The notes: generated by a model not told the origin, from the sequence alone. A DNA stretch of 64,000 nt from Octopus sinensis (GCF_006345805.1 NC_042998.1:188790001-188854000); one strand, 5' to 3'; positions 26,322 through 39,211 are shown, numbered from the stretch's first letter. A program made the numbers and translations.

Positions 26322-26798
26322 GATGCGTGTGTTTGTATGTACGAATGTATTCACTTGAAAAGTATAAATGAAGATACTTGTCTAAGGTAGCATAAGATGA
26401 AACTGAATACTCCTACGTATGTGTGTGTGTGTGTGTTGTAATTTTACACACACTCAGGCACACACAGTAACCAGACCCTGTTTTTCATCCCTCATAATTC
26501 AATTTTTCATTATATTAATAAGCAATTTAATATACTTAAACATTAAGCATGTATCTTTTCTGCGCAAAAAATCTCTGTTAACTAGAAGAACGCACCCACA
26601 AACGCACATACACAGGCACACACATATATTCATGCATGCACAAAGGAATGCACACACACACACATACACACACACACATTCACCATATATATTAAGAGAT
26701 AAGTCCAAATATAGGCAGAAAGTAAATCCCGCTTCGCTAAAACTCCTCTTCACCTCAGACACATGCCAAATCAAACCATAACTATTTCTCAATCCTTG

Positions 26799-27053
26799 AC
26801 TCTCTCTTTACTCTTTTTATTCTTTTTACTTGTTTCAGTCATTTGACTGCGGCCATGCTGGAGCACCGCCTTTAGTCGAGCAAATCGACCCCGGGACTTA
26901 TTCTTTGTAAGCCCAGTACTTATTCTATCGGTCTCTTTGGCCGAACCGCTAAGTGACGGGGACGTAAACACACCAGCATCGGTTGTCAAGCAATGCTAGG
27001 GGGACAAACACAAACACAAACACACAAACATATACATACACACACATACACAC

Positions 27054-27107
<54 letters not shown>

Positions 27108-27262
27108 TACGACAGGCTTCTTCCAGTTTCCGTCTACCAAATCCACTCACAAGGCATTGGTTGGCCCAGGGCTATAGCAGAAGACACTTGCTCAAGATGC
27201 CACGCAGTGGGACTGAACCCGGAACCATGTGGTTGGTAAGCAAGCTACTTACCACGCAGCCA
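26799..27262 (-). mobile_element. SINE family B, full length
   Basis: Matches the family B consensus over its full length. Confidence 0.92.
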
Positions 27263-27817
27263 GACTCATTTAGTCTATCAACTACATAATTCCAAGAGAG
27301 CAATTTTAATGGATGAAAGGTAAAGTCCATGTCTCCGGTCGTGATTTGAACTCAGAGCGCAGATAGCCGGAATGAAATCCACAAAGTATTTTGTTCCAAT
27401 TTTTCCGCCAATAAAAGCTCGACATATATATGAGCGCATGCGCGTGTGCATGTGTGTTTGTGTGTACATACATAAATATGTGTGTATATGTGTGTAGGAG
27501 TGTTCACGCTTGTGTAATAGATACACTTAAATGTGAATGTAAGACATTACGCTTATTAAAAAAATATAAACTAATTACACTTGAAATAAAAAACTGAACC
27601 AAAAGGACACTCGCTGCAAAATCGTAACCAAATATCTCGTTAAGCAGCATATAATATGCATTGCACACAAATACAATCTAACAATAAAAATATACTACAA
27701 AAACTACTTGACTTAGTAAACTTATGCATAATAAACCACAAGTTCAGTTCCATTTATACATTATTATAGTATGATATTTTTTTATTATATATTTTGATAT
27801 TATAATAAATTATTAAG

Positions 27818-27990
27818 TTGGGCGAGGTGGCAGAAACGTCAGCGCGCCGGCATTTCGTTCGATTTTATGTTCTGAGTTCTAATACCACCTTCCGGGGTCG
27901 ATAGAACAAGTACAAGCTGAACACGTGGACCGATGTAATCGACTTAGGCCCTCACTCGAAAATGTTGCTCCTGTGCCAAAATCTGAAGCC
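27818..27990 (+). mobile_element. Old, degenerate SINE family A copy (tail type 2)
   Basis: ggcgaggtggcagaaacgtcagc...cttccggggtcgatagaacaagtac...gatgtaatcgact...ctgtgccaaaatctgaa. Confidence 0.75.
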
Positions 27991-28090
27991 AATGCAATAT
28001 ATAGAGTACCTATTTCATTTTTTGGCCGAAACAGTCAACAATATTTTTGTATAAGGCGATGCCCCAGTATGGTCACAGCCTTAAGGTTGA

Positions 28091-28290
28091 ACCTCGTGTG
28101 TACCGTTGGAGATTTTTTTCCTCTGTCTTCCCTTCTCTGGATCTTTGCTTCTCCTATGTTTCCGACGAAGAGTTCCGCTCGAAACGTTAAACACTCCTTC
28201 TTTCCTTCTTTCCTGAGCGTCCAATAATACTATATTTGTTCCACGTCCTCGCGTTGTTGTGATATTTTGTGCTTTCTTGTTTGGATTAAC
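28091..28290 (+). mobile_element. Repeat family D, copy 1: ~200 bp, hammerhead-like motif at 28158-28192
   Basis: Highly similar to 35376-35580; ends ggattaac followed by (TA)n. Confidence 0.82.
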
Positions 28291-28319
28291 TATATATATA
28301 TATATATATATAATATATA

Positions 28320-28441
28320 TCACTGTGATCACCGTGACAGACCAGGCTATCAGATGCTGCTACACATCGCTGATCACAATGCGCTTCAAATTGTTTTAGC
28401 CTTCAAATGACGCCACCCTGCTGGCTAAGCGAGCAGGCCAA
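28320..28441 (-). mobile_element. Second copy of the ~120 bp structured repeat (see 8430-8551)
   Basis: Reverse complement of 8430-8551, embedded in (TA)n. Confidence 0.75.
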
Positions 28442-29029
28442 TATATATATATATATAGTATATATATATATATATATATATACGTATATGTATACAGATA
28501 TACATACATACGAAAACTTCATGTACACAGATGTAGTAATACATTGTGTATAAACTAATATAAATCTTAATTTTACAGCAGTATATACGTAATTATGTAA
28601 AACCAATAAAATATAGTCAATAGGGTAAAAAAAAATATTATCTGAAAATATCTATTGCAATTTAGAAACTCAGGCGTAAACATATATGAAAAATATGAAA
28701 TATATTATTATGTACATATTGTAAGCAAACTGGCATTCATAAGTACATCGTAAAAATATTCTAGGAAGTTACATGTATCCAGATTATAATCATGGACACA
28801 GGCACATATACGCACACACATACACGCAACGATAGTATCTTACATGTATGCATCGATATATATGCGTGCATATCCTCACATATATATATATGGGGCATAC
28901 ATGTACGATAGTATAAAACATATGGCATACATCCCACATTGCACAGATAAACAATTATGAAAGATACATGAAATAATCAATCATTGAAACACGCAAACAC
29001 ACACACATATATATATGTATATATATTTG

Positions 29030-29094
<65 letters not shown>

Positions 29095-29120
29095 ATACAT
29101 ATACATATACATATACATAT

Positions 29121-29170
<50 letters not shown>

Positions 29171-30584
29171 TAAATATTTATATATATATATATATTTACT
29201 ATGTATGAAGCAAAATATAAACTACTTACGCACAACACATCCTATAAAACAAATATCACACATATACACTTATACCTAACCTCACACAATACAATGGGAC
29301 AATAAAACTTCACGTACTAAACACATAAAAATTGTAACGTTGTCAAACGCATAAAGATTTTCACGCACGCACTCATTTACACAGATACACACATACAACA
29401 TATACTCCCATACGCATACACACACATGTACAAATGCACAAACACATACACTAGCAAACAATATTTTATTAAATGTTGTGTAGCTTAGTGCTAGAGATAA
29501 TCATACACAGACACATACAGAATTATACACATCTACTCTCACAAATATATATACACACACACACATACGCGTGCACGCTCACACACCACGCGTGCTCATG
29601 AACACACACATACACATACATACACACACAAATACATACACAATGGTACTTGTAATCTAGCAAACAAACAAACAGCCAGTGTTTAACTAATTAATCACAT
29701 GCTCTGACAATGATTGATTTGTATTTGTTTTAGTTATCAGCAAATTTTGGTGAAAGAACAAAAATAACATTAAAATATAAACTAAAAGAAATGGTCACCC
29801 ATAGTGGTGAGCAGAGGTGGAATGGTTCTGGGAATTTCTGTGTGTAAATAGAGGAATAGATTATGCCACATAAACGAAGGAATGAGTAATGGGGAAAAGA
29901 GCTGAAACAGTCATAACAAGATACATATATTTAAGATATTGGGCATGCAATCTCTCGCCCTTCTACAAACATAATTTGAGCTTGCACTATATGCAAGACA
30001 TATTTATGCTTACACACTTGCATACAAACACACACACACACGTACGCACATACACATAAACACACATACAGTTGTAATAACGAAGTCAAACCAAAGAGTG
30101 ATATCTTGAAATCATTTAATACGTACGTTTCAGATTTTGCGTAATATACAATAGGAAATGATCCATTACGTAAACCTTTCTCAGTTTAAACATTTCAAAA
30201 ATATGAATCGTACATGAAATGATTTAAATTATTTCAAAATAACACTATTTCACTTAACTTCATTATTACAACTAATATGACTCGGTGCCAGTCAAAACGA
30301 AGCGGTATTGACTCCACTTATACGGAGTAGTTTGTTATGTTTGACTAGAGTCGAAAATTCTGGTACCGTGCACCACCTCTTAGAGTAACACGAAATATAT
30401 ATGTAGTTACATATATGTAAGATACCGTCCAAAAATTGTATGTATTCGTATGTGTGAAAGAGAGAGACAGACAGACAGAGAGACAGGGACAGAGAAAAAA
30501 CTTTTTATCATTGAAATTATACATAAAATAAAATTAAACCAAAGGATTGCTCAATACGTTTTTACATCAGAATACGTATTCATT

Positions 30585-30703
30585 TTAGTTTTACAAGGAA
30601 AAGTTGATACTGGCCTCGAGGTTTCGGCTGTTATCAGACTGCTTGATGCTTGCGAGAAAGCCAAGCATCAAGGCCACTGCCAACTTTTACCTTGTAAAAT
30701 TAA
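30585..30703. other. Long imperfect inverted repeat/hairpin, ~45-bp arms
   Basis: 5' arm agttttacaagg-aaaagttgatactggcctcgaggtttcggct versus reverse complement of the 3' arm aattttacaaggtaaaagttggcagtggccttgatgctt-ggct. Confidence 0.75.
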
Positions 30704-31309
30704 CCCCCTACCATCCACGCACAAACTCACTCATATACACACACAGATACACAAGCACATACACACACAAACTATCCATTTTATATATGCATCTATTTAG
30801 CTATTTCCTTTTCTATCTGTCAGCGCGCACACAGATACATGCAGATATGCACACAAATACACCTTTACTGACACCTGTCTGTATCTGTCAATATATGCAT
30901 GGGCGTATATGCATAATACATAATAAATGACTTCCCCACGCTCTTTTTAAGTGAGCATATGTATGACGGTTTATAAAATATACCAATAACAATTCAACAA
31001 CCCTACAATGAAAGAAACTTAAACAAAAGTATGTAATAGTATCAATGATGCAGCGCGGAATTTTGTCAGTGAACAGGTCGCGGTCTCAAAGCGACGAAAA
31101 TATTTTGACAAATTAAATTTAAATGTTGAAGTGAATCTAACGGTTTTTGTGTTTCTTAAATGGCTTATAAACACCTTCCACGCTGCAATTGTTGTTGTAT
31201 CAATAGAGTCATTTATTTATTGTTCCAGTTGCTGATAATATTAATACTAGATATTTCTACATTTTAATTTAAATAATATCAATTTCTCGTTCTTGTAGTG
31301 ATTAAACCA

Positions 31310-32165
31310 AACGTCATAACAATCTTGCCTTGATCTTGTTCACCAAATGGTGATGGATGACAGGCTACTGACTATAAATCAAATAGCCAATGCTATGAGC
31401 ATATTCCGTGAGAAATTTGAGAATATTTTGCACAATGAACTTCGCATGATGAAGGTTTTTGTTCGGTGTGGACCATGTCTTCTGGTAACTGGGAAAATCT
31501 GATATTCAGGCAGATCCAGCCGGTTCCCATGAACGTTTCCAAACTCAGGATGAATGTTGGCTACATCACTTTGAACCAGAGACAAAGTGATAATCCATGC
31601 AGTGGAAACATTCCTCCTCATTGTCGATTCCGAAGAAGGCCAAAAATATTTCATCTGTAGGGAAGGTAATGGCCTCAGGTTTTTGGAATGCAAAAGGCAT
31701 TGTGTTTATTGACTTCTTCAAAAGGGATACACCATGAATGGAGAGTATTGTGACAACTTGCTGAGGTAGTTACGAAAGGCTGTTAAAGACAAAAGCACAG
31801 GAAAGCTGATGAAAGGGGTCTTGTTTCATTAGGACAATGCTCCAGTACACAAAAACCTTGGTTCCAGTTGATGTGCGTGACTGTGGTTTTGAACTGGTTG
31901 ACTACCCTCCCTATTCTCTTGATTTGGTCCTACCTAACTATCATCTGACCCCCAGCATGGAAAAATACTTAGCTGAGAACCAGTGTTACAGTGATAATGG
32001 CGTCATAACTGCTGTTGACTTTTATATAACAGCCGGATGAAAGCTTCTTCCGGCGGAAGACGTGTGTGAACCGCAACGGTGATTGTGTTGAAAACTAAGC
32101 CTCATTTGGTCACATTCCATAAGAGTATTTTGATCAGCCTATTAAATTTTCAGCCGATCCTCGTA
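31310..32165 (+). mobile_element. Decayed mariner transposase plus 3' TIR
   Basis: Fragments DLVHQMVMDDRLLTINQIA..., TQDECWLHHFEPETK, GKVMASGFWNAKGIVFID, VLFH*DNAPVH and DYPPYSLDLVLPNYHL (YSPDLAPSD-like). Ends ttttcagccgatcctcg-TA. Confidence 0.9.
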
Positions 32166-32864
32166 AGCACAAAATAACTTGATGTCGCAAAACTAACAAA
32201 TTTTGACAAGAACTGACGTTAACAGCAATTTTAGTTTAACACTTCAAATACACGTAATATCCACTTTTACGTATTGCTTTCACAGATATATGGTCATAAA
32301 TTACAGTTTCCAGTGAAGCGTCTTCAGTGACTGCTTCCAAAATCAAATACTTTATTCAAGGCTATATCATCCTTTACAGAAGAGAAGTGATTCAAAGACA
32401 AGCAATCGACATCCACCCACAAGGCAGAAGTTTTAGAAAAAGCGGAAATCGTTTGCTCTCTGCGTACTTCAGAATATTAAGGTAGAAAATATTTGCCATC
32501 TTTTTCAATCGAAATAAGCACCTAACAGTATTTTTTTTAATCCTTGTTAATAATTAGTTTACGGTGAATGCATGTTCAGCTGCAATTGTCATTAAATGAA
32601 AATAATGTATAGGCTCTGATTCAAATGTGTAGGTTTGGTTTGTTACCTAATTTACATCTCTTATTCACTTTATATAATTAGGAATGTCACAACCTCTTCT
32701 TCTAAACATACATCAAACCCATACATTTTGGATAGTCAACACCTTAGAGTTGGATCTACTTTATTAGATTGACTATACTGTTACGAAGCGTTAGTATTTT
32801 GGCACATAATACTCGAAACTATTACAATGCTATCCGTATATCAGTAAGATATTTGAAAACTTAA

Positions 32865-33255
32865 GGCGGCGAGCTGGCAGAAACGTTAGCACGCCGGGCG
32901 AAATGCTTAGCGGTATTTCGTCTGCCGCTACATTCTGAGTTCAAATTCCGCCGAAGTCGACTTTGGCCTTCATCCTTTCGGGGTCGATTAAATATGTACC
33001 AGTTACGCACTGGGGTCGATATAATCGACTTCATCCGTTTGTCTGTCCTTGTTTCTCCCTTCTATGTGTAACCCCTTGTGGGCAGTAAAGAAATAGGTAT
33101 TTCATCTGTCTACGTTCTGAGTTCAAATTCCGCCGAGGTCGACTTTGCCTTTCATCCTTTCGGGGTCGATAAATTAAGTACTAGTTTCGTACTGGGGTCG
33201 ATCTAATCGACAGGCCCCTTCCCCCAAAATTTCGGGCCTTGTGCCTAAAGTAGAA
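32865..33255 (+). mobile_element. SINE family A, dimeric, second unit with an alternative tail
   Basis: Same junction (aaagaaataggtatttc) as the 15158 dimer. 17-bp TSD aagatatttgaaaactt at 32846-32862 and 33256-33272. Confidence 0.92.
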
Positions 33256-33569
33256 AAGATATTTGAAAACTTTATTAGCTGTCTGGTTCCACTTTTTATG
33301 CTTAAACAAAAGATAACTCGGAATATAAATGATAACCGTAGCGATATATAAAGAAAGAATGACTTCGCAAGTAAACAATAACCGTTCTTTGAAGTCGGTA
33401 TTTTTCCTTCAAAATACATTTGCTCAAAAATGCTTTGTGAAACTGTATCACGTGATTCAAATAATTTCAAATGACCTAGAGATTGCTATATTTTACTATA
33501 GGCATAGGAAAGACAGTTGATGGCTTGACTTTGGAAAAAAATCTCTGAAACACACACACGCACGCACGT

Positions 33570-33619
<50 letters not shown>

Positions 33620-34728
33620 CACACACACACATAGACACACACATGCACAAGTCCATTTTTTATTCGTGTGCTTATAGTATACAATGTTTCTGTATTCTTC
33701 CAATTAATAGGATAAACTAAATCTGATTCATGACCTATCGTGGTCAGGTGTATATATATATATATTTATCAGACAATCAACGCTATTGACTCAAAATGAA
33801 GAGTTGATTGTAAGTTGTGTTCATATAATTATTAAAACATCAGTGTTGCAACGAACATAAAGTGGCTACCTATAACAATCAATACCGCATCGCAAGTACG
33901 ATTAAATAAAAGCACAAGTCGCACCACATTAACACCCGAGTAATCGATTAATACTTACACACATATACACATGCATTTATGCATATAGGCGCACGTACTT
34001 ATGTAGTGCTTGTTTCTGTGCGTATGAGATATTTGTCCCTACCAAATAATATATATACTATAGTGTATGTGGAGACGTATCCGTGCGCGTAGCTGTATAT
34101 ATAACAATATATGATGTTTAAGAAGATATTGAGGGGATTAATTGGTGGCTTAGGGGATTAATCTGGATGTAATGATTAGACAATTTTCTTTCAAATATAT
34201 TTATTTCCATTATCTTTCATTAATAATTGATTGTGAAGAACAACTTCATCCCTGTTAGCTTATCCTTTGACAAATGATATTAATTGGTTAAATACAATCG
34301 CTTAAAATATACTAGACTGTGTCATACGTTTCACTGACATTACATAGAAGGAAAAAGATGCAGAAAGTGAAATAGTAACAAGACAGGACATTTACACTTC
34401 ACAGTGAATGACATCAGTTAACTGATTGCTTAAATAGAAAAACCTATGCATTACGAAGTTTAGTTTTATAGGTGGATATAGAAATTATGCGGGTTTATAC
34501 GGAACTTACATTCTCACTGAACATAGATGCAGGCACACACTTATATGCATGTATGTATGTGTGTGTGTTATTTGTGTCAATGTGTATCAAAGCAGGTATT
34601 ATTTATTCACCATTACACATGTTTCATTTGCTAACAGGACTTACAAAACTATACATGTAGGCGAAACATATATCTTCCTACTACAAAGTCTTCAGACAGA
34701 GAATAAGATAATATAATAGGACACACAC

Positions 34729-34794
<66 letters not shown>

Positions 34795-34796
34795 GC

Positions 34797-34836
<40 letters not shown>

Positions 34837-34904
34837 ATGTGTGTGTGTGTGTGTATGCATGTATGTATGTATATATATATATGTATATATTATATATATA
34901 TATA

Positions 34905-34947
34905 TAAAATTGAATTTTTCCCTGTAAGTTTGGAATAATATTCCTTC

Positions 34948-34950
<3 letters not shown>
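34905..34950 (+). mobile_element. Family F 3'-terminal fragment within (TA)n
   Basis: aaattgaatttttccctgtaagtttggaataatattcc matches the ends of copies 1 and 2. Confidence 0.65.
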
Positions 34951-34981
<31 letters not shown>

Positions 34982-35375
34982 GAGATCCGCGAAGCAAAGT
35001 TATACATACTCGAGGGAGAATGAAAGGTGCTTCACGATTAAGGGGTCGATTGAAAAAAGATTAAATAGATGATTCTTCTCTGTATGCGACGCAGTTTGTG
35101 TATGCATGTGTGCACTGAGAAGTTTGTATGTCTGTTATGGTTTGTTGTGTTGCATGAGCATTTGTACGTATGTATTCAAGCATGAATATTTGTAGAAAGA
35201 ATTATGTATGTGCAGTGTCATATATGTGTGTGTGTGTGTGTGTTGTGTGCGTATCTGTCTGTAACCTATTCTCTCCCGTCCCGGTTAAAACGCGAATAGC
35301 TTATTACGACGCACCTCGAAATATCACAACCATCTAAGCCAACCCGACTTATCTATCTTGTGACATCATTCAAAA

Positions 35376-35580
35376 TGTGACCGCGTGTGTACCGTTGGCG
35401 ATTTTTTTCCTCTGTCTTCCCTTCTCTGGATCTTTCCTTCTCCTATGTTTCCGACAAAGAGCTCCGCTCGAAACGTTAAACCCTCCTTCTCTTCTTCTTT
35501 CCTGAGCGTCCAATAATAATATATTTGTTCCACGTCCTCGCGTTGTTGCGTTTTTTTGTGCTTTCATGTTTGGATTAACT
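35376..35580 (+). mobile_element. Repeat family D, copy 2; hammerhead-like motif at 35447-35481
   Basis: Highly similar to 28091-28290. Confidence 0.82.
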
Positions 35581-36010
35581 TTATATACATACATATATAT
35601 ATCCACAGCACACGCACTAAGACACACGTGTCAATGTGCACATACCTAGATCCAACAATACACACCAGGCACACAGACATGTACTAAATTCTTCCATTTA
35701 TAACGACTATACACATTACAGCCACGTTTCACTCCGTACACCACACAATAACACTATTCACTCTACATATTACACACGCACACATTCATGCATGCACGCA
35801 TCACATTACACATACCGCACAATAAACCCACAGAACCGGGGACACACACTTCGACGAGACATGCGCATACATACAGAATACCGGATACCATACTCACTGA
35901 CACACACGAGCATCTAATCTGCATACACACAGGCAACATATACTCACAATATACACAAAACATTCATGCAAAGGACATATACATAACGTTTTTCATACAC
36001 AATGCATACA

Positions 36011-36168
36011 AGGAGTGGCTGTGTGGTAAGTAGCTTGCTAACCAACCACATGGTTCCGGGTTCAGTCCCACTGCGTGGCATCTTGGGCAAGTGTCTTCTG
36101 CTATAGCCCCGGGCCGACCAATGCCTTGTGAGTGGATTTGGTAGACGGAAAGTGAAAGAAGCCTGTCG

Positions 36169-36172
<4 letters not shown>
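36011..36172 (+). mobile_element. SINE family B, 5' half of an interrupted copy
   Basis: Runs from the head to gaagcctgtcgtatata, then (TA)n. Confidence 0.9.
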
Positions 36173-36219
<47 letters not shown>

Positions 36220-36220
<1 letters not shown>

Positions 36221-36553
36221 GAACTTATATATGACTTTAGAAATCTGTTTAATTATCTACATTACTTCATGAGTATAGCCTCAAACACTAGGATGTCTAG
36301 AGAACTTACATGTATTTTAGCTGATGAGTACGGGACTCGTTTATATGCTGTAATCTTTGCAACTTTTAATAAAACCTGTCCTTGTATGAAACGATCGTAC
36401 TAAAAACCTATCCATTCTTGTTGCTTCTTTCTCGCTTATAATCACCCCACATTACTGTATTGTTAAATCAGTATAGTTTTTTTTGGTGCATCTAAGTTAG
36501 GTACCATATTCAAGTAAATTTTTTAAATTAACTTGAATCTTTATTGCTCTTTT
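36220..36553 (+). mobile_element. ~330 bp hammerhead-containing insertion in the (TA)n tract of a SINE B
   Basis: Unique sequence bounded by (TA)n on both sides, between the collinear 5' and 3' halves of a family B SINE. Intact copies have only microsatellite here. Confidence 0.7.
36315..36405 (+). ncRNA. Type I hammerhead ribozyme, canonical core
   Basis: Stem I TTTTAG(36315-20)/CTAAAA(36400-05); core CTGATGA 36321-27; stem II GTACGGGAC(36328-36)/GTCCTTGTAT(36378-87); GAAA 36388-91; palindromic stem III ACGATCGT; GUA cleavage triplet at 36397-99. Confidence 0.85.
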
Positions 36554-36574
<21 letters not shown>

Positions 36575-36584
<10 letters not shown>

Positions 36585-36799
36585 GTGTTTGTTTGTCTGT
36601 GTTTGTCCCCCTAGCATTGCTTGACAACCGATGCTGGTGTGTTTACGTCCCCATCATTTAGCGATTCGGCAAAAGAGACCGATAGAATAAGTACTGGGCT
36701 TACAAAGAATAAGTTCCGGGGTCGATTTGCTCAACTAAAGGCGGTGCTCCAGCATGGCCGCAGTCAAATGACTGAAACAAGTAAAAGAGTAAAAGAGTA
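36575..36799 (+). mobile_element. SINE family B, 3' half of an interrupted copy
   Basis: Resumes at the (TG)-rich segment, then tttgtccccctagcattgcttgacaaccgatgctgg through to the tail. Confidence 0.9.
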
Positions 36800-37988
36800 T
36801 ACGTATACAAGCTCACCATATACACACACGCGCGCATTTACTCAATATACGCACACATCGCGTCCCGCATATACGCAAGATTCGCTCACCTATTGTCCCC
36901 TTTGCCATCGATCTTTAAGCTATGAAACATCTTTTCTTCTCTCTAAGTCTTTTCATCACCACTCATTTAAATTAACACCATCACATGGAGCTACATGTGC
37001 AATCGTATTCCATGGAATATTTTCGCTTTTTTTCTTCCCTACGTTTTCTTTGGTTTGTAATGAAGAAGAAACACAGTACGAAACATAGAACACTTCATTC
37101 GTCTGTCATCTAGCGTTAAAATATTATAAAATTTATACATCTGTTCTTTGTTTTGTGGTGGACACATCCACAAATACAATATATAAGTATGGGCGTGTGT
37201 GTTTTATAGAAGTGTGTGTGTATGAGTACGTGCGTGTGTGCGTGCGAGAAATTTTATTGATGTTTATTGAAATAGTATAAAAACAAAAAAAGTGTTAGTA
37301 ACAGAAATAAATTTTAAAAATTGGCCCAAAAGAACAAGGAAGTCATCTGTGAAAACAATGGTACCCATATATTTGACCAACACTCAAACAACTCACTAAC
37401 GGAAACATGAGTATGTGGAGAATTGTTACACAATGGAGTGTCTCTACCCTTTAGTTTTTCGAATCTGACAGTTTGTTCGTAATTGGTTCTTCCCAGCCCA
37501 GACCGGTGGAATAATATTTACAAGGGTAACAACACTGAATAATTATCGCCCAAAACATTCCTTATTGCACCAAACATACATGCATATATATATATACGTA
37601 AACTCGCACACATATATACATTTAAACACATAAATCTCACTTGCTCACTCTAATTATCTGTCTCGTGGTATATTTATATGTATGTGTATGTATATGTATA
37701 TACGCGTATATATACTAAATATATAAAGAGAGAGAGAGAGGTATAGCGAGAGTATGTATGTGAAGAAGATAGACAGAAAATTAAATAGCAATACAGACGA
37801 AGAATCTCATGAAATTTCCTTTGAAATAATCTACAAGAATATTAAATGTAATGATAAATTGTGCGATATCTTTTCGAAATAAAGAGTATAGTAATTGATC
37901 TGGCTTAAAAGGAAAATATCAAGTTTCCGCTAAACACATATAGATAAATGCAAATTCACCCTCATATAGCATGATAGGCTACATACCA

Positions 37989-38025
<37 letters not shown>

Positions 38026-38306
38026 TCACACACACAGACACACACGCACACACACACCACACACACACATAAATACACATATAAATATGTGTTATACATT
38101 ATACGTGTACTTGTGTGTGTGTGTGTGTAGGTAAATAAACATAAATATACTAAAACGAATACCCTCATATATACATACATATATATAATATGAACATGTA
38201 CATATATATATACATTACTATATATAGATATATATATATATATATATATATATCATATATACATACATATACATCTACGAACATATATATATATATTCAC
38301 ATATAC

Positions 38307-38338
<32 letters not shown>

Positions 38339-38365
38339 TCACATATACATACATACATAATATAT

Positions 38366-38431
<66 letters not shown>

Positions 38432-38830
38432 CGAAAATATACATATATTATATATATTCACATATACATACATATACATGTGTGTGTATATGTATATATA
38501 TATATATATATATTTATATACGTACACTGTACAAACACATTTATGCGCTACAATAATCAATAACCACATACGAAGTTATCCTTTCCACTCACACATAAAC
38601 ACATACACGCCACAATCGTTGAACCAACCATAATCTCGCAATCGTTGCCATCGTTTGTTCCTTCCATTTTACCACATGTTAAGTATAACCATATTCCAGC
38701 CGCTTCCATTTGGTCGTTTTCTATTTTTTTTTGACGTTTTCATTTATTTTTCGATTGTCCCAGTCCACCATTACAGTAAATATGTTCCACCATCAATGTC
38801 TCTTAAATGTATTTACACAACTAATACCAT

Positions 38831-38844
38831 GTAGTAGTAGTAGT

Positions 38845-38892
<48 letters not shown>

Positions 38893-39159
38893 CAGCAGCA
38901 GCAGTAGTAGTAGTAGTAGCAGTTAGTAGTAGTAGTAGTAGTAGTAGAAGTAGTGGTGGTAGTTGTGGTGGTTTTGGTGGTGGTGGTGGAGGTGGTGTTG
39001 GTAGTAGTAGTAGTAGTATTAGTAGTAGTTGTGGTAGTTGTGGTGGTTTTGGTGGTGGTGGTGGTGGTGGAGGTGGTGTTGGTGGTAGTAGTAGTAGTGG
39101 TAGTGGTGGTGGTGGTAGTAGTAGTAGTAGTAGTGGTAGTGGTGGTGGTTTTGGTGGTG

Positions 39160-39199
<40 letters not shown>

Positions 39200-39211
39200 C
39201 AGCAGCAGCAG
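38831..39211. repeat. (AGT)n/(GGT)n/(AGC)n compound trinucleotide tract
   Basis: Read directly from the sequence. Confidence 0.93.

Noticed and set aside
29795-29910. Minus-strand coding exon after a TTTCAG acceptor
   Set aside because: Two frames are open, the donor is weak and no protein similarity is recognisable.
32295-32335. Minus-strand CTGAAGA...GAAAC hammerhead-like motif
   Set aside because: Stem II has only 2 pairs and stem I is out of register; likely chance.
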